NCBI GenBank assembly: GCA_965178125.1 | Contig: OZ237752.1 | Location: 558,001 to 622,000 of the forward strand | Length of the DNA: 64,000 nt | Direction: 5' to 3' | Source: Bilabrum cf. latius | Lineage: Eukaryota | Shown here: piece after piece, positions 59,751 through 64,000 of the stretch | How the letters are laid out: each line of letters starts with the position of its first letter | Numbering within the stretch: the first letter of the stretch is position 1 | Translations under genes and position numbers: made by a program | The notes under the pieces: model-generated | What the model was told of the DNA's origin: nothing | Databases searched by the model: none | What the model saw: the letters and a program-made list of their open reading frames with translations, nothing else

Positions 59751-62700
59751 ATGAAGATGGAGTGGCCAGCATTTGGTGCTGATGAAAAACCAGACATCGT
59801 TTGCACGCTTCGACCGCAGCGAAACGCGGCATTATTGCCGCAGCCGAGACAGATTTCGGGCCAGGTTGCAATTCACATCATTGATATGAAAATGAATAGC
59901 AGTGAATTTGAAAGGAATGGCTCATCTGCAGAATACGTCACGATCGAGAGGTGCTAGCCTGACCCACAAAGCGACGGTGGCAGCTTGAGTTGGCTTGACA
60001 GCTTGCCAAGGCTCCGAAGCTTGTGCTTGCAGTCGTGCGAGCCGGGTCATTTACCAGGAACATTTCTTGCAGCATCCAGCGGTCGCATATAGAAGCTTGC
60101 GCTTCGAGACTGCGTCCTCAAGGCAAGGCGATCGACTGACTTGCCAGCAGCAGCCACCCGCCGCCGTGGTGAATCTGGTGCTCAGGGAGAGGGAGAAGGG
60201 CCGGGCCATGAGGCTGGAATAGAGAGCGGTCTTAGTCGTCTTTCGTCGTTCGCGAGCCTGCTGCATCTTGATCTGTCCGGCAGTCCGGGCGCCTTTGGGC
60301 CGGGCGGCGCTGGCTTGCCGACCATGCCTCGACTAAGGACCCTCGTCGTGAAGCGGTGTGGCCTGCGGCAGGTGCCCGCCAGCATCCAAGCATGTGTTGA
60401 TCTGACCGACCTGTGCCTGGAGGACAACGAAATCCGGTCGCTGCCCGCATTCATGGGATCGATGCCAGCACTGCATCGGCTGGGGCTGGCTGGCAACTAT
60501 CTGGTCGTGAACGTGAGCGTGCATGATGAATACGAGGACGAGGACGATGGTGCACCAAATTTCAAGTCGTCATCTTCATCGTCATCGTCATCGTCATCGT
60601 CGTCATCATCGTCTTCAGCTTCGTCGTCGGCTGGGAGGGCCCGCGATGCGCGCGAACACGCCATCGACGAGTCTCCGCTGGACCTGCTGGCCCGCCTGCC
60701 GACACTGAGAGAGGTCTCTCTGCGCGGCAATGCGATGCGCGTGCACATCGACTCCGGAGCTGGAGAGCTGGACGTCGCGTGTGAGGGCCCCGCAGCGGAA
60801 GCCCTCGTCCAGTCTAGACTACCGATGGTGCAGCGACTGGACGGGGTGCAGCTGGGGGATCCCGCACAAGCACAGGACGCAGCTACTGCTACTGGGGGAT
60901 AGGGCGGGCAGCAGGATGGCGATAAAGTCCATCATGAGCACGATGGCGATGAAAAGACTCTCAGCAGCAATAGCCACAGCAGCAGCCTGGGTGTGAGCAG
61001 GGATAGCAGCGGTGGGTCTGCTCCTCCTGCCGATGGCAGGCAGCCACCGAGTGGCCGAATGCCTCCTCGGGCCTCTGCGCACGAAAAGACTCGTGAAATA
61101 CTGGATACTTTACACTCAAGCCATCAAGCCATGGAGACAAGTGGTTCCGAAAATGCTGAAGAACGGAACACCGGCATACATGCATAGCAGCAGGCCGGCT
61201 CCGCTCCGCAGGCAGGACGGGCTGGCGATGATACATCTGGATCGGCAGTTGGAGAGGGTGAGGTAATTTACACACTTATGATCTCAAGAGCTTGCACCAT
61301 ACGTATAGTGACCATATTGCGTATCGAGGCGCTGGGCACAGTCCATTGTCCTTCCTTTGTTCCCTGTCTCCCGCCGCAGCAGCAGCATCCACCACCGTCA
61401 AACGCACCAAGAGGCACTGGGGTGAGAGCGAGGATGCTCTGCTGACCGCAATCATAATGGGGCTAGCTGGGCACCCCGATGGATCAGGCGGGTACAGGCT
61501 TGATGGAGCCTCGGACCTCAAGCTGGCCCGGCTGGAGTGGCGCGAGGTGGCTGCTCGAGTGCCTGGTAGGTCGAGCAAGCAATGCAGGGAGCGGTGAGTG
61601 CAGCGCTCACTAGAGCGAGGTATCTTGCCTGGTACTATTCCACACTAATTCAAAGACGCTTTCTTCTCTCAGTGCACAAAAACCCACAAATGGTTGGGGA
61701 TCTTGCCCATTGCCTTGGCTGGCCATTCCTCGCAGCTGGATGAACCACCTGGACCCTCGCATTTCCAGGAGGCCATGGAGCCAGGAGGAGGACGAGATGA
61801 TCGAGTCACTGAGAGCCTAGCTGGGCAACAGATGGAAAGACATCGCGGCGCAGATGCCGGGGCGATCAGAAAACGCGGTGAAGAACAGGCACTACAGCAC
61901 GCTCAGGCGGAAAAGCAGGAGCTAGAACCGCAAGAAAGCCGCAGTGTCTTCAGACGACAGCGGGGCAGCCAGAGCGGCACTAAAACACCTGCCTGCGTCT
62001 AGTTCTGCTGGCACTGCGTCCGAGCTGCATGCAGTTGCGCTGTCGACCGCGAGCGCGTCCAACGGCGCGTCTGCCTTGGCAGCTGCATCCCGAGCTGTTG
62101 CCAATGGATTGCCAAGGCTGTAGGCACTGCCGCCTGACCAACAGTTCGCCAAGGTGGTCCGGTGCATTCCCGCGTCACATCCTTCCGGTGTGTCCACTTT
62201 GCATCTGGAGCTACCCGCGTGTGTTGAGACGTCCAGCATCGAGTGCATCCTCAGCCGGCTGAGTGTGGTGATCGACAGCGTCAGGCAGGACGCCGCCGCG
62301 GAGGGCATGCACCGTGGCGATGAGGTCGAGAATGGTGTGGCTGAGCCAGACACCAACATGACGGTCCTCTCTCTGGTGCCGAGAGACGAGCTCGCTAGCC
62401 ATCGCGGCCCACCCCATGCGGCGCACGATGGGCTCGCGGGGGTGACTGGACAAGACTCTGGGGGTGATTCTGGGCCTTCTGACGGCCATATGGGGCCGGG
62501 CGCTCACAGATCAAAGTAGAGTGGGCTGCAAGCCTGGAGGGGTATCGATCGAGCTGATGAGGATGTGGACGTGAGTCTGAGGCAGATGGGACGCAAGTCG
62601 GCCCGTAGGACCATGAGATCAAGCGCCGCCGACGGCGAAAGTGCCCAGTGGTCCCGGAAGCCGCACGCTGCAAGTTCTAGTACGAACGGCCCGGGGATAG

Positions 62701-63533
62701 GCTCTGACGCACACCCCAGTGATGGTGGCCCATCATCTCGGGCTGCGAAGAGGCCACGCCTGTAGGATGCTATGCTGCAGGGCAATGGCACTGGGTCTGT
62801 CAATGAACAGCAGCAGTAGTTTGGTGGCATGGCACTCCTCTCTCAGGTGGCTTAGTCGCGACTAGGGGCGCGCAGTGAAGCTGTCCGAATGCCTGCAGCC
62901 CGCAGTGCGGCGGCCTCGGCTGGGTCTTGGAATGAACGGACTGGGAATGGAGCGAGCACCGGAATGGACGGTGAGGGCGGCAGACAAGGCAGCACGGGTA
63001 CGTCTATGGCAGCCGGTGAGTCATTCGTCCAGGGGCTCAGTGGTCTTTCTTCGATGGGATCGCCCGTTGGGCCAGTACCTGGGTCCATGCCACTATAGCA
63101 GTATGCAATCGAGGGGAGCTCCATGTCGTCGCTGCCTTCTGCACCCAGTGCTGGCTCCAATGGGGGCGGTGGGTCTGTTGGCATGAGAAGGCATGTCGCA
63201 CGTTATGACGGTGCTAGTGCCAGTGCAAGTGCTTCTGGTGTGGATGGATCGGCTTCTTCGAATGCGGAGATCGCCAACGGACGCCGCACGGTGCGCTGGA
63301 AGCATGCACATGACACGGAGCAAGCTAGTGCTAGTGCTAGTGGCGGCACTTCTGATGCAGCTGGAGCGGGCCAAATATCGCAAGCAGGTATTGAACAGGA
63401 TGACGTTTTGCTCACCCTGGACACTTCGCACCCGGATGGACCGCGGTGGGTCCGCCTTGACGCGCTGGAAGGGGCTTCAGCCAAGGTTGTTGAGCAGGCA
63501 TCATTGCCCCAGGGGGATGCTCGGAATCAGTGA
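59751..63533 (+). CDS. LRR + two-repeat Myb (R2R3-like) fusion protein; join(59751..61257,61380..61593,61736..63533), ~1,172 aa
   Basis: LRRs (LTDLCLEDNEIRSLP, LHRLGLAGNYL), then HWGESEDALL..WREVAARVPGRSSKQCRER|WMNHLDPRISRRPWSQEEDEMIESLRA[TAG]LGNRWKDIAAQMPGRSENAVKNRHYS. Introns 61258-61379 and 61594-61735, about 12 TAG, ends TGA. Confidence 0.78.
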
Positions 63534-63766
63534 GGAGCTGGTAGCTATAGACTGAGGTGATTGGGAGCATTAAAACTGCTAGTTGTCCAATGCACTACAA
63601 CATGATGACTACTGCACCATTGCTCATCACTTCCAGATGGGTGGAGGTGGGAAACCACCGCCACTCCGTGAAGTAAACATCAGACGACTAGAATGGCCAT
63701 CATGATGGGACACTCGTCACTGTAGCTCGCTAGTCTACCGTTTGGAATTTCGACATTTCAGCCATA

Positions 63767-64000
63767 ATGGCCCAAGAAACTGTCGAGGGCGACCCAGATA
63801 TTCTGATTGGCGCGGCAGCAAAAAGCGCGCCGTCATTGCGAGGGGCTTTTGAAGGCTTCTTAAAGCGTCGAAGAGATGCTGCCGAGTCCGACGCATCCGC
63901 TGCTCGTGGCAAAGCTGGGGCTAAAGTAAAACCATGGCAAAGAAAGCCAAAAGCAGGCGAATCTAAAGAAACAAAACCAAACAATGCTGTGAAAGGCCCA
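63767..64000 (+). CDS. 5' end of a hypothetical protein running off the window
   Basis: ATG 63767 opens MAQETVEGDPDILIGAAAKSAPSLRGAFEGFLKRRRDAAE..., open to the window edge. Confidence 0.55.
   Translation, partial: MAQETVEGDPDILIGAAAKSAPSLRGAFEGFLKRRRDAAESDASAARGKAGAKVKPWQRKPKAGESKETKPNNAVKGP

Noticed and set aside
63730-63984. Minus-strand 84-aa ORF at the right edge
   Set aside because: The plus-strand frame from ATG 63767 is more protein-like, so this is likely its shadow.
1-64000. Mass pseudogenisation or sequencing error as the cause of fragmented ORFs
   Set aside because: The breaks are almost exclusively TAG, preserve frame, hit essential genes and fall at conserved Gln sites. Decay would also give TAA, TGA and frameshifts.
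1-64000. TAG as pyrrolysine, Leu, Glu or Tyr, or as programmed readthrough
   Set aside because: Informative columns are Gln (homeodomain, SPPL, COMMD7, internal repeat). Dozens of TAGs per gene and tandem TAG TAG are incompatible with inefficient readthrough, and pyrrolysine is not known in eukaryotes.
1-64000. Bacterial or phage origin (for example a TAG-recoded phage)
   Set aside because: Spliceosomal introns and eukaryote-specific genes (TALE homeobox, Myb, CTNNBL1, COMMD7, RRP7, SPPL) are present.
1-64000. tRNA (including a CUA suppressor-type tRNA), rRNA or eRF1 gene
   Set aside because: None was recognisable by eye in this window; tRNAscan-SE or Infernal would be needed to exclude small RNAs.

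Overview
This is a very gene-dense, GC-rich nuclear region from a unicellular eukaryote. It holds about 22 protein-coding genes, a few short GT-AG introns and intergenic gaps mostly of 100-300 bp. The gene style is reminiscent of bicosoecid stramenopiles such as Cafeteria, but that is inference only. The supplied ORF track looks shattered because the organism does not use the standard code. TAG is a sense codon for glutamine: well over 100 in-frame TAGs were counted by eye, several at conserved Gln positions (TALE homeodomain, SPPL protease, COMMD7). All 20 complete genes end in TGA, and TAA is essentially absent from coding frames, so UAG and UAA appear to be uncoupled. Re-read with TAG=Q, the fragments join into full genes. 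These include a pectin acetylesterase/Notum-like esterase, a TALE homeobox factor, an LRR protein, RRP7, a YdcZ-type DMT transporter, an SPPL protease, a carbonyl reductase, long-form RNase Z, a C-type lectin-like receptor, an alpha/beta-hydrolase-like protein, an ankyrin protein, CTNNBL1, COMMD7 and an LRR-Myb fusion. The largest is an intronless ~5,078-aa FG-GAP/REJ/GPS polycystin-1-like receptor. There is also a kinase pseudogene fragment and a 5'-truncated RLE-type non-LTR retrotransposon with a 12-bp target-site duplication that itself uses TAG as a sense codon. All family calls come from motif recognition by eye; no searches were run.
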